NCBI GenBank assembly: GCA_951406725.2
Contig: OX597828.1
Location: 26,102,001-26,166,000 of the forward strand
From: Octopus vulgaris
Lineage: Eukaryota
Reading direction: 5' to 3'
DNA length: 64,000 nt
Shown: positions 15,127-29,275 of the stretch, piece after piece
Layout of the letters: each line of letters starts with the position of its first letter
Position numbering within the stretch: the stretch's first letter is position 1
Position numbers and translations under genes: made by a program
Notes under the pieces: model-generated
Told to the model about the DNA's origin: nothing
What the model saw: the letters and a program-made list of their open reading frames with translations, nothing else
Databases searched by the model: none

Positions 15127-15511
15127 GGAGGCGCAATGGCCCAGTGGTTAGGGCAGCGGACTCGCGGTCATAGGATCGCGGTTTCGATTCCCAGACCGGG
15201 CGTTGTAAGTGTTTATTGAGCGAAAACACCTAAAGCTCCACGAGGCTCCGGCAGGGGGTGGGTGGTGATCCCTGCTGTACTCTTTCACCACAACTTTCTC
15301 TCACTCTTACTTCCTGTTTCTGTTGTACCTGTATTTCAAAGGGCCGGCCTCGTCACTCTCTGTGTCACGCTGAATATCCCCGAGAACTACATTAAGGGTA
15401 CACGTGTCTGTGGAGGGCTCAGCCACTTACACGTTAATTTCACGAGCAGGCTGTTCCGTTGATTCGGATCAACCGGAACCCTCGTCGTCGTAACCGACGG
15501 AGTGCTTCCAC
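15127..15511 (+). mobile_element. SINE family B1, full length
   Basis: 15-bp TSD ATTCAGGTCTCTTGT at 15112-15126 and 15512-15526. Matches 11696-12080. Confidence 0.93.
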
Positions 15512-15849
15512 ATTCAGGTCTCTTGTAAACCTGAATAACTTGTTTTTATCAGTCGCCAGCTGAACGGCGAAAACACAGTAGTCCAAGCAAAAGGTTTACT
15601 CATTAGGGTCCCAATTTATATAAACAACAAACTGGATTGTCATTAATGATTTTGTCTTTGCGCCCTTTATTTCACTGACCTTTAAGTATCTATAGGCCAT
15701 TTGTCTTGTATCTGACCAGGGATCATAACACAGCTAGAGTCAACGTTCTGCAGAAATTTACACCACTCAACTTCGCCCCTGCTACAGCATTAGCTTTGAT
15801 TCAACATAGATTTTTATTTCTCCATGTTTTTTCATCAGGTAGATTATAA

Positions 15850-16295
15850 TCCTTTCTACTAAAGAGCACAAGCCTGAAATTTTGGGGAGAGGACTAGTTG
15901 ATTACGCCGATTCCAGTACACAACTGGTACTTAATTTATCGCCCCCGAGAGGATGAGAGGAAAAGTCGACCTTGGCAAAATTTGAAGCAGAACGTAAAAA
16001 CGGACAAAATGCTGCTAACCATCTTGCCCGGCTCGCTACCGATTCTACTAGATCGCCGCTTTATTAGGTAAATTATAATATTCTTTTCTTCTCAAGGCAT
16101 AAGGCGCGAAATTTTGGGGGAGGGGCCAGTCGATTAGATCGACCCCAGAACGCAACTAGTACTTAATTTATCGACCCCGAAAGGATGAAAGGCAAAGTCG
16201 ACCTCGGCGGAATTTGAACTCAGAACGTAAAGACGGACGAGATGCTGCTAAGCATTTCGTCCGCCACACTACTGATTCTGCCAGATCGCTGCCTT
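15850..16295 (-). mobile_element. Two tandem SINE family C copies (15850-16061, 16080-16295)
   Basis: Each carries the GGTACTTAATTTATCG.CCCCGA.AGGATGA core in reverse and a tRNA-like head. Confidence 0.8.
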
Positions 16296-16324
16296 ATGAG
16301 GTAAATTATAATTCTTTCTTTTCT

Positions 16325-16720
16325 TTCTTTTACTTGTTTCGGTCATTTGACTGCGGCCATGCTGGAGCACCGCCTTTAATCGAGCAACTCGACCCCGGGA
16401 CTTATTCTTTTGTAAGCCCAGTACTTATTCTATCGGTCTCTTTTGCCGAACTGCTAAGTAACGGGGACATAAACACACCAGCATCGGTTGTCAAGCAATG
16501 CTAGGAGGACAAACACAGACACAAACACACACACTTATATATATATATATACATATATACGACGGGCTTCTTTCAGTTTCCGTCTACCAAATCCACTCAC
16601 AAGGCTTTGGTCGGCCCGAGGCTATAGTAGAAGACACTTGCCCAAGGTGCCACGCAGTGGGACTGAAGCCGGAACCATGTGGTTGGTAGACAAGCTACTT
16701 ACCACACAGCCACTCCTGCG
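16325..16720 (-). mobile_element. SINE family A, full length
   Basis: Reverse complement of 12331-12745. Confidence 0.92.
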
Positions 16721-17810
16721 CGTTGATTTCTCTTTCAGGCACACGACCAATTTTCTTGAGAAAGGAGCAAGTTATACTTGACTGAATAGAGCTCTACAGA
16801 CTACTGGTAGTTATTCCATAAACCCAAGCGAATGACTCCGAGGAATGCAGCTCACGATTTGCTTATAATTGCTCAGTATGATTATTGTAAAGTTTACCAC
16901 ATGAGGACCTCAAGTCGATGAGTCAACCAGCTAGAAATAGCAACCAAGTATTACACAAACAACACATGATTGTCTTTAAGAAGGAGACATCTGAATGGTA
17001 CTCTGGAGGAGTACAATATTCTTGAATTAAAAACAGGATGGTCTTAGATAGAGTGTCTTTACTTGTTAGACTACGTATATGCGATCAGGAATGTCTTGGG
17101 CCTAAATAACAATAATAACATCGTCATTAATGTTAATTTTTCTAAGATTTATACAAAGAAAATTTATAATTATATAACACCATTTTAATGTTTAAAATAG
17201 AAATAATGGTGTTGAATAATCTTTCGTTTACTGTTTACAACCCATTTTATGAACAGAGAAAGAAACGTTCAAAGAATATACTAAGTAAAACTATAGCAAA
17301 TATACAAAAGTAGTCAAACATCAAAATTCATTTTTAAAACAAAAATAAATATAATTAAACGAAAGAAAACATTGAAATTTGTCAGACAAAAGAAAAAAAA
17401 ATTAGAATTTCGTTTGCAAGTTTTACAATTTCACTTGCGTTGCTTGTGTATTACGGTTTACAAAGGTGTTGAAATGAAAACCTATTGTATACCATGTACC
17501 ATGGCACCGAGCGAAAATTTTAAAACATTATAAACAAATGTTAATTTTCTAGTATTTCCTATTTGCTTTGTTTTCTACTTTCGGATTTTCCAGTAAACAG
17601 TTAAAAACAAAAGAGGAAATGCTTTAATTCCACTATAAACATAACATTAATTTCATTGTGTAAGACCTTACAAAAACAAAAACCAAAAAAAAAACCCAAC
17701 TGCAGTTGGCTTTCATTGTAAACCCTTAAAAACGGAAAGTAGTTAGCTTTTATTTTATTGTAATTATTGGGCAAAAATATTGTATTTAACAACGACATAT
17801 ACATACATGC

Positions 17811-17899
<89 letters not shown>

Positions 17900-18202
17900 G
17901 GTGTGTGTGTGTATGTATGTGTGTGTGTGTGTGGTGTAATTTAATTGAAAAACATTTCAGCAAGTTGTAATACAGCGGATGTTGCCGACTTCACTGAAAA
18001 GAATACTTCCTGTTTAGAAAAAAAAATATATATAAAATAATGCAGAATATAAAACTGTTAAGGAGAGCAAAATACACGCACGTGCACACCTGAGCGCGCG
18101 CACACACACACTCGCATACACATACACACACACACCACACACACTCACGCCAGCATGTTAGCCCGCCAGCCCGCATGCATACTCACGCATGCATACTCAC
18201 GC

Positions 18203-18269
<67 letters not shown>

Positions 18270-18528
18270 CACACACACGCGCATACATCCACATCTTACG
18301 CCGAATCTGCCTCCCTGAACAGAGCCATCCAAGAATCCTCCAATGGGAACATGACAAGCTAGTCTTTTTCTTGAGTAAAAAGTCAATCACTGTTCGTATC
18401 AATCATTCACCTTCACTGATCACGAACAACGCGCAATGAAAGTCGTAACAATTGCTACTAATTCCACATTCACTAAATATGAATATCCCGCCTCACGACC
18501 TCGTACATACGTTTAACGTCGTTAAAAG

Positions 18529-18725
18529 AAACTGTAAACTAAAAACTAGATCAGAAAACTGCACCCTAAAACTGCATTCTAAAAATTCATCCGAAAACTG
18601 TATCCTGAAGTTATTCACAAAACATGTACCCTTAAAAATTACCCTAAAACTGCGCACTAAAATTGTATCCTGAAGTCGCATACAGAAACTGTACCCTTAA
18701 GCTGTACCCTAAAACTGTACACTAA
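18529..18725. repeat. Degenerate ~13-bp minisatellite (AAAACTGTACCCT)
   Basis: Repeated AAAACTGCACCCT / AAAACTGTATCCT / GAAACTGTACCCT units. Confidence 0.7.
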
Positions 18726-18726
18726 G

Positions 18727-18785
<59 letters not shown>

Positions 18786-18789
18786 GTGA

Positions 18790-19543
18790 GTCTTTGTTTT
18801 GCAGTGCTTCTCCCTTGATCGTAGATTTCTGCGATGACTGAAACGATTGAACAGCATGCTTCCCTGAACAGCATGTTTCCTGCTGGGGAAAACGGCTGCC
18901 GAAACGGTTGTGATGCTTCAAACAGCTTACAAGGACGCAATCATGAGCAAAACACAAGTTTACAAGTGGTTTCTACGCTTTAGGAATGGTCACTTGTCAC
19001 ATGAAGACCAACCTCGTTCAGGACGACCATCGAAGAATGGAAACATCCGGAAAATTCATGAACTGGTCTTGGAGGACCGTCACTGGACAACTGATGCTCT
19101 TGTTCTTATAATTAGTGTCCTGAAGCTCCTGCCAACCAATTTTGAGCGAGGAATTGCGAATGAAAAGAGTTGCAGCAAAATTTGTGCCTCGCTTGCTCAC
19201 GGAAGATCAAAAACGGTCACGACTGAATGCGTGTCGTGAACTGAAAGAACAGTTGGAAGTTGATCCGAACTTTTTTTCGGAGGTCATCACTGGTGTCGAA
19301 AGCTGGTGCTACAGAATTTGCGGATGTGGAAGAGGTGGAGAGAAAAAAAAAACGACGGAGGCGTTAAAAGGCATCACTTCGCAAGAGTTCCAACGTTGCT
19401 TCGAATAGTGGGAAACGTGTCTGGACTGATGCATTGCTTCAAATGGAGAATTCTTTGAAGATGATAAAAAGTGTAAACCTGTAAAACTAAGTGACTAAAA
19501 TAATATTGCAAAAATTCCGGTTTCTTTCGTGTACCCCTTCGCA
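18790..19543 (+). mobile_element. Mariner-family transposon relic, frameshifted and internally deleted
   Basis: Motifs VYKWFLRFRNG..EDQPRSGRP, KFVPRLLTEDQK, VITG(V)ESWCY and C-terminal FQRCFE*W...CIASNGEFFE. The segment that would carry the rest of the catalytic triad is absent. TIR-like end TTCCGGTTTCTTTCGTGTACCCCTTCG. Confidence 0.85.
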
Positions 19544-20075
19544 CCAAAATATTCGTCACCAAAATATTTGTCGAGGTATCACCTGGAAAATATTCGGCGG
19601 AATATCATCTGAAGAAATGGCGGTTTGTTATAATACGGGATTACATAATGTTACCTGTGAAGTTGCACAGTTGCACACGTATTCGAAATAAACATGCTTT
19701 TCAAACACATGTAGTGATACCAGGAAATGTCTATTTATATTGATCTTTAACATATGCGTATGTTGAGTGTGTGTGTGCGTGGAAGCGCATGGCCTTGTGG
19801 TTACGGGGCTGCGCTCATGATGGTAGGTTAGAGTTCTAATTCCTAGATCAAGTGATCCGTTGCATCCTTGAGCAAATCACTTTATTTCACATGGGTCTAG
19901 TACACTCTACTGGAAAAAAAAATGAATAACCCTGCGATGGCCTTATGAACCTCTATGGCTTGGGAAGGACATTTGATACTTTGATGCATACATACATATA
20001 CATAAATATATATACTTATATACACACACATATACACATACATATATATATATACTTACATATACACGCATATAT

Positions 20076-20111
<36 letters not shown>

Positions 20112-20114
<3 letters not shown>

Positions 20115-20229
20115 TCTGCTCGCTTAGCCAGCGGGGTGGCGTCATTTGAAGGCTAAAACAATGCAAACGCATTGTGACCAGCGATGTGTAACAACATCTG
20201 ATGGTCTGGTCGGCCCCGTGATCCCGTGA
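20112..20229 (+). repeat. Short dispersed repeat embedded in (TA)n; second copy at 29370-29499 on - strand
   Basis: About 110-bp high similarity in opposite orientation (CTCGCTTAGCCAGC...CATTGTGACCAGCGATGTG...GATGGTCTGGTCGG). Confidence 0.8.
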
Positions 20230-20341
20230 TATATATATATATATATACATACATATATGTACTGTAAAGAGAAAGTACAAAAAATCTAAAAACGATAAAA
20301 CTTGAACACAGTCGTGCATTTTATACACACATATATACATA

Positions 20342-20376
<35 letters not shown>

Positions 20377-20378
20377 TA

Positions 20379-20415
<37 letters not shown>

Positions 20416-20886
20416 TGCTGATGATCACGATGATCATGATGATTATCATTGTTATCATGATTATGAACATGATAACGATATGATACGGTGCACCAGAAAT
20501 TAATAGTTAAACTATTATTTTCCATATATATATATATATATATATATTCAATCTAATGCTAGCCAATCAGCTTCGTTGTTTCAACAACTATCACGACTAA
20601 CAATCTAATGTTGAAAATGAACGACGAGAGTCGACCCGACGAAGGAGCCAACATGGCTGACGTATTGATGACTCTGTACAAAGCAATTAAACACAATTGC
20701 TACCTTTCATGCACGACTGAGCCGTATCTGTTCAACACTTGTTCTACAGCTGCCTTCACGCTTATTAATCCCATCCAACATTATCTCCTTATACGTTACG
20801 CGCCAACTGGGAATGCATCTCTGTTGCTCTATAAAGCATTATCATCGATGCTATCACCGCCATTGTCATTGTGATCCTCCCTCTAG

Positions 20887-20901
20887 CTTCTTCTTCTTCT
20901 T

Positions 20902-20997
<96 letters not shown>

Positions 20998-21016
20998 GTT
21001 ATTATTATTATTATTA

Positions 21017-21048
<32 letters not shown>

Positions 21049-21129
21049 GTTGTTATTATTATTATTGTTATTATTATTATTATTATTATCATCATTATTA
21101 TTATTATTATTATTATTATAATTATTATT

Positions 21130-21170
<41 letters not shown>

Positions 21171-21268
21171 CATCATCATTATTATTAGTATTAGTATTAT
21201 TATTATTATTATAACTATTATTATTATTATTATAATTATTATTGTTGTTATTATTATTATAATTATTA

Positions 21269-21314
<46 letters not shown>

Positions 21315-21324
21315 CATTATCATC

Positions 21325-21408
<84 letters not shown>

Positions 21409-21994
21409 TTCATCATCATCATCATCATCAGAATCGTTCATGATAATCGTACATAATCGTAATCATAGTAAGCATCATCACCTTCGTCATCGCCATCGTC
21501 GTCAACGTTGACTTCGTCGTCGTCATCATCATCATTATCATCATCATCATCAACACCGCCACTTTTATCACCTACATCGTCATCACAATGACAACCATTG
21601 TAATAATCTTAATCATATGTACCATCAATTTCACTATCACCATCCTCATCATCATTATCATCCTAATCAACATTGCTACCACCAATACCACAACCACCAA
21701 CATCATCATCGCCATCGCAATCATCGTCATCATCATCATCACTTACGACGTCACCATCACCCATTGTTGTCATCACAGTCATCGTGACAATAATAATAAT
21801 TGCAACCATCTTCAACATACTCATCCTATTCGCCATCCCCTTCTCCTTTGCATTTTCCACTTCCTCCTCCTCCTCCTCATCATCATCATCATCATCATTA
21901 TCTCCATCCTCATCATCATCTCCGTCATCATCGTCATCATCACCCTCATCTCCATCATCAACATCATCTCCATCTTTACCTCCATCCTCATCAT

Positions 21995-22034
<40 letters not shown>

Positions 22035-22120
22035 TCCCTCGTCATCTCCATCATCATTATCATCATCAACATTATCACCATCGTCATCATCATCATCATC
22101 ATCATCATCATCACCATCAT
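20887..22120. repeat. Compound trinucleotide tract (CTT)n-(TTA)n-(TCA)n and cryptic derivatives
   Basis: Direct reading. Source of the homopolymeric ORFs in the track. Confidence 0.95.
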
Positions 22121-23859
22121 CAATAAAATCGCTGCTGTCGTTGCACCTATTAATATTGATGCTGCTATTGTTGTTACTACTGCTGCTGCTAAAAATGGTG
22201 TTGTTGGTGGAGGGATGATGGTTGTGGTGTGGTGTAGTGTGGTGATGATGAGCAGGAAGTGATGGCAAGAATGATGGTGATGGTAATCAATTACGAATAC
22301 GATAATGAAGATGATGACAGTAACTTTGACAACACTGATGACTATCAATTGTTTCAAGTCAAGACACAAAACCTGAAATTTAGGGACACGAAACTGTGGA
22401 TTTATCGACCCTAGTACATGACTGGTACTTTGTTTTCATCGAGCTTAGAAGGATAAAAACGAAGCTAACCTCAGCGGAATTTGAACTTAGAACATAAAGA
22501 GACGGCATCTATCCAGTGCCTTTAAAATTTTCTAAATTAGGTGTAAGGCTCGACATTTCGGAGGAAAATATAAATTATCGATTATATCGACTCCAGAATT
22601 TGACTGGTACCTGTTTTATTTATTTCTTATCTAAGACAGTAGCGTGAAATTTGAGGTAGATTTTGTTAGCTGTTTCTAGCAAAACGATGTTGAGAAAATC
22701 TGCGTCATATATAATTAACCTGTTTTAAAAAAAACAGTGACTCGAATCTAACATACAACATCTTTGTCGACATTCTGAAAGAATAAGCAATAATATAAAC
22801 GGTATGAAGAAGAGCTTTGATCTTCGCATCAAGGTGGAGAACTTGGAATAATAAATTAGTGACCCGATGTTTTGGGCGACTCGAATAGTCCGAACCACTG
22901 ATGTTAATATTTGAAAATTGTTAAGTAATGCCATAAATGTCCACAACAGCAGTGACACAGACTGCCTATGCTTGATACAAAAGCAAAAGAGGTAGAGATC
23001 TAAGAACGATTTAAACAGTTTTTGAATGTCACGTATTCCTTCAACAATATACAGTAGCTACCAAGCGTTGAAGTTTGGATCAAGCCTGCACACATGCGAC
23101 ATGTAGAAGCATGAGAATTCAAAAGGATCTCTAAAAGTATTCATTGATTGATGACCAGAAATACACAACCAGGGAAATTGCAAAGGTCTGTTACCGCAGC
23201 AGGTCATCATATGAAAAACTTTCTGCTTATCAGTAGGAAAGTCACGCTTGGCTATGTTGCTAGAAAACTTCAAAGTAACAGGAATATTGATAACCAAAGT
23301 AGTCGATCTTGGAGCAGTACCCAGTATATTAGCTGTCATTTTTGAATGGGATACTTGTGTTATCTAGGAATAGGAAATAGCGACAAAATACATGATGCAC
23401 AAAAGGGACAGGGTGCCGATGAAACATCTAGGGGCCACAACCGAAGTGTCGCACAGTAGAATTAACATCGAAGATGTAACTTCTATCATAAGTAGCTGTC
23501 CAAAATCTCATCAAAATACTATCTCTCTGTGAGGCATGATGTCGTATAGCCAATGTAATTCCTAATCCGCAGAAAGAATAGTCCTAAAGATAAAAGATTT
23601 AAGGAACCAGTCATGTAGAGAGCATACTCGCTTATGATATGAATATACACCGGATGAATATAAAATCGATAGATACTGAATGATTCTTCCTGTGAAAACA
23701 TTCTTAAAATGTTGACATCAGAGACCAGGTATAACAATCTGGGACTGGAGAATGAAAAAGTGGGCACAATTCTATAAATCAGTTGTTTAGAAGTTATTAA
23801 CATAAAATAAAAAGAAAAAAACCCGTCGCTGCCAAGTTTTTGAGAAATCTGTAGAGGTT

Positions 23860-24083
23860 ACTCTTTTACTCTTTTATTCTTTTACTTGTTTCAGTCATTT
23901 GACTGCGGCCATGCTGGAGCACTGCCTTTAGTCGAGCAAATCGACCCCGGGAATTATTCTTTGTAAGCCCAGTACTTATTCTATCGTTCTCTTTTGCCGA
24001 ACCGCTAAGTGACGGGGACGTAAACACACCAGCATCGATTGTCAAGCAATGCTAGGGGGACAAACACAGACACACAAACATAT

Positions 24084-24115
<32 letters not shown>

Positions 24116-24281
24116 ATATATACGACAGGCTTCTTTCAGTTTCCGTCTACCAAATCCACTCACAAGGTATTAGTCGGCCCGGGGCTATAGCAGAAGACAC
24201 TTGCCCAAGAAGCCACGCAGTGGGACTGAACCCGGAACCATGTGGTTGGTTAGCAAGCTACTTACCACACAGCCACACTGC
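23860..24281 (-). mobile_element. SINE family A, full length
   Basis: Reverse complement of 12331-12745. Confidence 0.9.
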
Positions 24282-24808
24282 AGAATCTTTAAATTTATAC
24301 CTCGAGTTGATTATGGAATTAACTGCCTTGATACCACACCGACGATTTTGAGAAGCTTGAAATCACAAAACCAGAAGCGACACATTAAGAAATTAAAACT
24401 ACAGACCATTAAAGGCGCTATAAAATAGGGAAGATTTTCCAGAAGCTAGAAGTAGTTAGACACATAGTGTAGAACTCAGACATGTTCACTTACGAGAGGC
24501 AGGAAAAAGAAAACTTATACACCAACACAGGCAACGATACGCATGCTCAAGCATACAAATATAACTAAATCGATGGTGTTAAGTAAACTCCAATGAAAGA
24601 GACTTGTTTCAAAATTCAAAACGAGTTCTTTCTCCATTGGCGAGAAAATTCTTAAAATAAAGCCAGAACTTACGCACACACGCGCACACGCATACACACA
24701 TCTCTCTCTTTTTCTCTCTCTCTCTCTCTTTCTCTTTCTTTCTCTCTCTTTCTCTTTCTTTCTCTCTTTCTCTTTCTTTCTCTCTCTTTCTCTTTCTTTC
24801 TCTCTCTT

Positions 24809-24840
<32 letters not shown>

Positions 24841-25242
24841 CACGCATACATATATATATGTCCCTAACTATGCATACATCCATACATCCATACATACATA
24901 CATACATACATACATACATACATACATACATACATACATACATACATACATAGTGTTGTTACTAAAACACTATACAATGTCATCCGAACCAAAGGCTGCC
25001 ATGGAACAGTGCCCCAGTGATGGACATACATCGATAAATATTGATAAAATCAAATACCACGCAACGTAACTTTTAGATTTGTCAAAATTATCTCCGCCTC
25101 TAGAAAACGTATCATAAGTACGATATATTTTAAGACCGGCTCCACTTGAGAAGTAGGGATAATCTCAATATTCGAGAATTCTCCACAGTTGACATGCAGT
25201 TAAGGAAATGAACAGACTTATTGTCTGTAGTTAAGAGGGCAC

Positions 25243-25286
25243 CCGTGGGACACGTGTTTCAGTCTCAGTAGCTGTCATCAGCACGG
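25243..25286 (-). ncRNA. Type-I hammerhead ribozyme motif
   Basis: Minus strand reads CCGTG CTGATGA CAGCTACTGAGACT GAAA CACGTG TC C CACGG. Intact core, palindromic stem III, GUC site. Stem I is offset by 1 nt. Confidence 0.65.
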
Positions 25287-25343
25287 TAGTTGTCTGATCA
25301 GCAGGCAAACGACTTAGACTTATGCAACAAAAAGAGAAATACT

Positions 25344-25409
<66 letters not shown>

Positions 25410-25414
<5 letters not shown>

Positions 25415-25531
25415 CAAACTGGGACAAGAACGCAAAACATTTAGAAGACGATACAAAAAACACGGACGGGACATTAGAAGCCTTCAATCTTCAGTCAAGA
25501 ACCGGGTCATCCTCGCAATTTCGGCTGATTA
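25410..25531. repeat. Dispersed repeat next to (TA)n; second copy at 62122-62240
   Basis: Shared TGGGACAAGAACGCAAAACATT...CGGACGGG.CATT.GAAGCC...AATCTTCAGTCAAGAACCGG.TCATCCTC.CAATTTCG.CTGATT. Confidence 0.8.
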
Positions 25532-25694
25532 ATCTTGTGATTGCTCCAATCTGACCAGCCCCAAGGAAAAACTAAGCTTGGAAAAAAGCTTCGAATATAT
25601 GCGAAACAAGGACGGAAAACGGACGATGTTACACGAATATGAATACAAAAATAATACGAAAAAAACAATAATAATGATAATAATACATAAAAAC

Positions 25695-25750
<56 letters not shown>

Positions 25751-25850
25751 AAAACAATAATAATAATAACAATAACAGGACATTACAAACAGGCGTCTTT
25801 CGACTTAGACAAAGTCAGCTGGCGTCTTAGAGAGAGAGAGAGAAAGAGAA

Positions 25851-25920
<70 letters not shown>

Positions 25921-25999
25921 GGAGATGTATATGGTACTTAAGTTGAGAATATAGTACGGTATTATCCATACAATTTCAAAAGAAGGTGCTTAAAATTTA

Positions 26000-26470
26000 A
26001 ATAAACAACAAGGATATCCAGAGGTAATTCAGTACGATCGTTTCACGCAACTCCATTTAATTGAACAATGCAACCATTACATCAATTTAAATGCAGAGCA
26101 ATCCTCAGCAACCCCTTGTTCTCTCGGCCTTAGATATACAATGATTTGGTAAAACTAGTTTATAAACTAAAACTGACCCCATAAAACAGTGACAAGCAAA
26201 ATCTGTAACAAGTCTTTCTTCCTGATACCTTAGTAGCTTCTAAGCTGAAGTGAAGGCAGCATGCTCTTTGTCTATCTCCTTAACTTCTTGGAGATTTTAA
26301 GTAAAATTATACTCATGTGTCCATCTGTTTTAATTTAATTTAATTCTACGTCTTTGTGCAGCTGAGGATTGCTCTGCATTAAAATTGATGCAATGGTTGC
26401 ATTGTTCAATTAAATGGAGTTGCGTGAAACGATCATACTGCATTACTCCTGGATATCCATGTTGCTTATT
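26000..26470. mobile_element. Inverted pair of Penelope-type pseudo-LTR segments, each with an HHR core
   Basis: Arms ~26000-26109 and ~26361-26470 are reverse complements separated by a ~250-bp spacer. Confidence 0.7.
26357..26442 (+). ncRNA. Type-I hammerhead motif with long stem II (mirror copy 26028-26108 on - strand)
   Basis: TGCAG CTGAGGA [57-nt stem-II region] GAAA CGATCA TA CTGCA. The mirror copy retains the palindromic CGATCG stem III. Confidence 0.68.
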
Positions 26471-26473
26471 TTC

Positions 26474-26561
<88 letters not shown>

Positions 26562-26677
26562 CATACATACAAGTAAAAAGATATATTTTTTCAACAGTAA
26601 AAATAATATATGTTTCTCCTTGTTCTACAATACATTTCAACGCTTCAAAAACAAACTTATGTTTGTTTACGTATGAC

Positions 26678-26720
<43 letters not shown>

Positions 26721-26819
26721 TACTTGCAAGTATATATACATACACATAAGTATACAAACATACTTGTATATATTGATACACACATATACACACATACATA
26801 GATGCACATACGCACCCCC

Positions 26820-27190
26820 AATGAAAGCAGCAATCCGATGCAACGAACAAGCCAGATATTGTTCTATGGGACAAGGAACAAAGGTAATGCACCGCTGTAG
26901 AGGTCAGCAGCCCAGCGGATGTGGAAGCAGCGTCAGAATTTACGTAAACATCACATTTACGGTGAATTAATGCGGAACTTACAGCTCTTGTATCTGGGTT
27001 ATAGATTTTCATTTATATCTATTATTAACATAGGTGCACTGGGCTGTGAAACAACAGCTTTACATAAGACTTGGAAGTGCAGGGGTTTCCCCAAACAAAG
27101 AACAAAGTCAAATGACTGGCATCCTTTAAATCTTATTGATTGGTTAGGGTTAGGGAAGATTTGTAAAACATTCCAGCGATTCTTCATTGA
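26820..27190 (+). mobile_element. R4/Dong-type (restriction-like endonuclease) non-LTR element, decayed 3' fragment
   Basis: Reads [25 protein letters not shown], then [12 protein letters not shown]...IGALG...KICKTF. This is a PD-(D/E)xK RLE C-terminus with stops and frameshifts. Confidence 0.7.
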
Positions 27191-27653
27191 AGCTTCCGGC
27201 AAGGAACATCTGGAGCGTATACATAAGTCACGTGTTCATGACTCACATGTTCTTTTCTCATGAGCCCTCATAACACAAGTTACTCAGATTCCATGGCACA
27301 AAAGTGACACCTGAACGGGACGCCATTCCATTGCTGGGTTGAAAACCAGAAATATTTGGAAGGAATATGATTATTCGATTATTATATCGACCCCAGTACT
27401 TGACTGATCCTTCCTTTTATCGACTGCCAAGAGGATGAAATGTAAGTTGACCTCCCTCCGTGAGATTTGAACTCAGAACGTAAACATTTCGTCCGACGCG
27501 TTAACGATTCTGCCAGCCCACCACTTTATGCACATATCATACGTATACACAAATTACATGTGCATATAGCATTATGCACGCATAAAAGGAAACAGTAATA
27601 CACGCTTACTAAAAAGTTATGTGCATCCGTAATGTGAACGTAAGCTATGCACA

Positions 27654-27709
<56 letters not shown>

Positions 27710-28211
27710 TACCTATATAATTGCACATAAACTATACGCGTACTGTTTACACGAATACCGGGGAGGGTTTATTGACTAAAACAAAAGGAGCCTTGTGGTT
27801 TGTTAGTGATCGGCCATAAATTTTGCGAAGAATTTGGATGAATATCAAAGGAAAACACACACGCACTGATGCATGCACCACGCGCGCGCACGTTAATACA
27901 CGCATACACACACGTACGCGCGCACACACGTACGCGCGCACACACAGGCATACTCATATACATACACGTACATGCATGCATGCGCAGACATGATATTGAT
28001 ATTTGCTTTTATGTACAGCATGTATAGTTATAAAAAAAACCAGCAAACAGAATTGGAGACTTACTCTTACGGAACCAACGACCGAGGGAACTGGGAATTT
28101 ACTGCCAACCTTTTTTTGGAATATATATATATATATATGTATGAATGTATCCCTGCGAGCATACGTACGCACATATACGTACTTGCAAATATTCATATGA
28201 ATATATAATGC

Positions 28212-28286
28212 TTTAACTGAGGAGGGTTTACGTAATGGATGCATCTCCTATTATATGTTACACAAGCCCGAAACGTACATATTAAA
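28212..28286 (+). ncRNA. Type-I hammerhead ribozyme motif
   Basis: TTTAA CTGAGGA GGGTTT...AAGCCC GAAA CGTACA TA TTAAA. Stem I is 5 bp and stem II is 6 bp. Stem III is one G>A away from the palindrome CGTACG. Confidence 0.72.
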
Positions 28287-28415
28287 TGATTTCAAAATAT
28301 CACTATTTCATTTGCCTTCATTATTACAATTTGTGTGTGTGTTGTGTGTTGTGTGTGTGTGTGTGTGTGTTGTGTGTGTATGTGTGTGTGTATGTGTGTG
28401 TGTGTGTATGTGTGT

Positions 28416-28451
<36 letters not shown>

Positions 28452-29060
28452 CTAGCTTCTTTGCAAGATAGTTAGATACATACATACATACATACATACA
28501 TACATACATACATACATACATACATACATACATAGGCATGGTTTTAAAGTATGCGTTCAACCCAAGACAGTCCTTATTGAGAATATGTACGTTCGATAAT
28601 ATCGTGAGCGTGATTTTTACCCCTTTTCAAGCATATAACGGTATTAACGTCGAAGAAAATATTGTGTAAGTTCCCAAATTTAGATGGGTTTGTGTGTATT
28701 AAGGGGAGAAAAAGGAAATAAAACAGTGTAGTGTGAGATAGAAAATTCTTTTGATGAAGAGATTTGTTCGAAACTTTGTAGTTTTTGTTTCTATATAGCA
28801 TATGACCGTTCGTGTCGGCGTTTTTTTACCCTTCTTTGTATCGGTTTCTGTCCCTTTCTCAGTGTACACATATATATCTATGCATGTCTTCATCAAAAGA
28901 AACACCACACGTTTTTTTATTTCTTTTTACTCTTCTTAAGACATACAAGTTGGGAATATTTTCTTCGACGCCGATACTGCTAATATTTTACTATATGTTT
29001 GAAAAGGGGTAAAGATCACGCTCAAGATCTCATTGACCGTACATATTCTCATTAACGGAT

Positions 29061-29275
29061 GTGGCGAGCTGGTAGAAAAGTTAGCACGCCGGGCGAAATG
29101 CTTCGCGGCATTTCGTCTGTCTTTAAAATTCTGAGTTCAAATTCCGCCGAGGTCAACTTTGCCTTTCATCCTTTCGAGGTCGATGAATTAAGTACCAGTT
29201 GCGCACTGGAGTCGATTTAATCGATTGGACCCTTCCCCAAAAATTTCGGGCCTTGTGCCTAGAGTAGAAAAAAAA
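29061..29275 (+). mobile_element. SINE family C
   Basis: GGCGAGCTGG...GAGTTCAAATTCCGCCGAGGTC...CTTTCATCCTTTCGAGGTCGAT. Confidence 0.85.

Noticed and set aside
15127-15200. tRNA gene-like sequences at SINE heads
   Set aside because: They continue into SINE bodies with TSDs and lack a complete acceptor stem and terminator.
18293-18420. Possible - strand exon ending at a GTAAGA donor
   Set aside because: Stops occur in all frames in the 5' part, and there is no supporting homology.
23000-24490. Possible old LINE RT remnant around the family A SINE (IPRVDYG...)
   Set aside because: Only short, ambiguous peptide resemblance with many stops.
25790-25825. GACTT/AAGTC hairpin followed by GAAA on the - strand
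   Set aside because: The CUGANGA box is absent.
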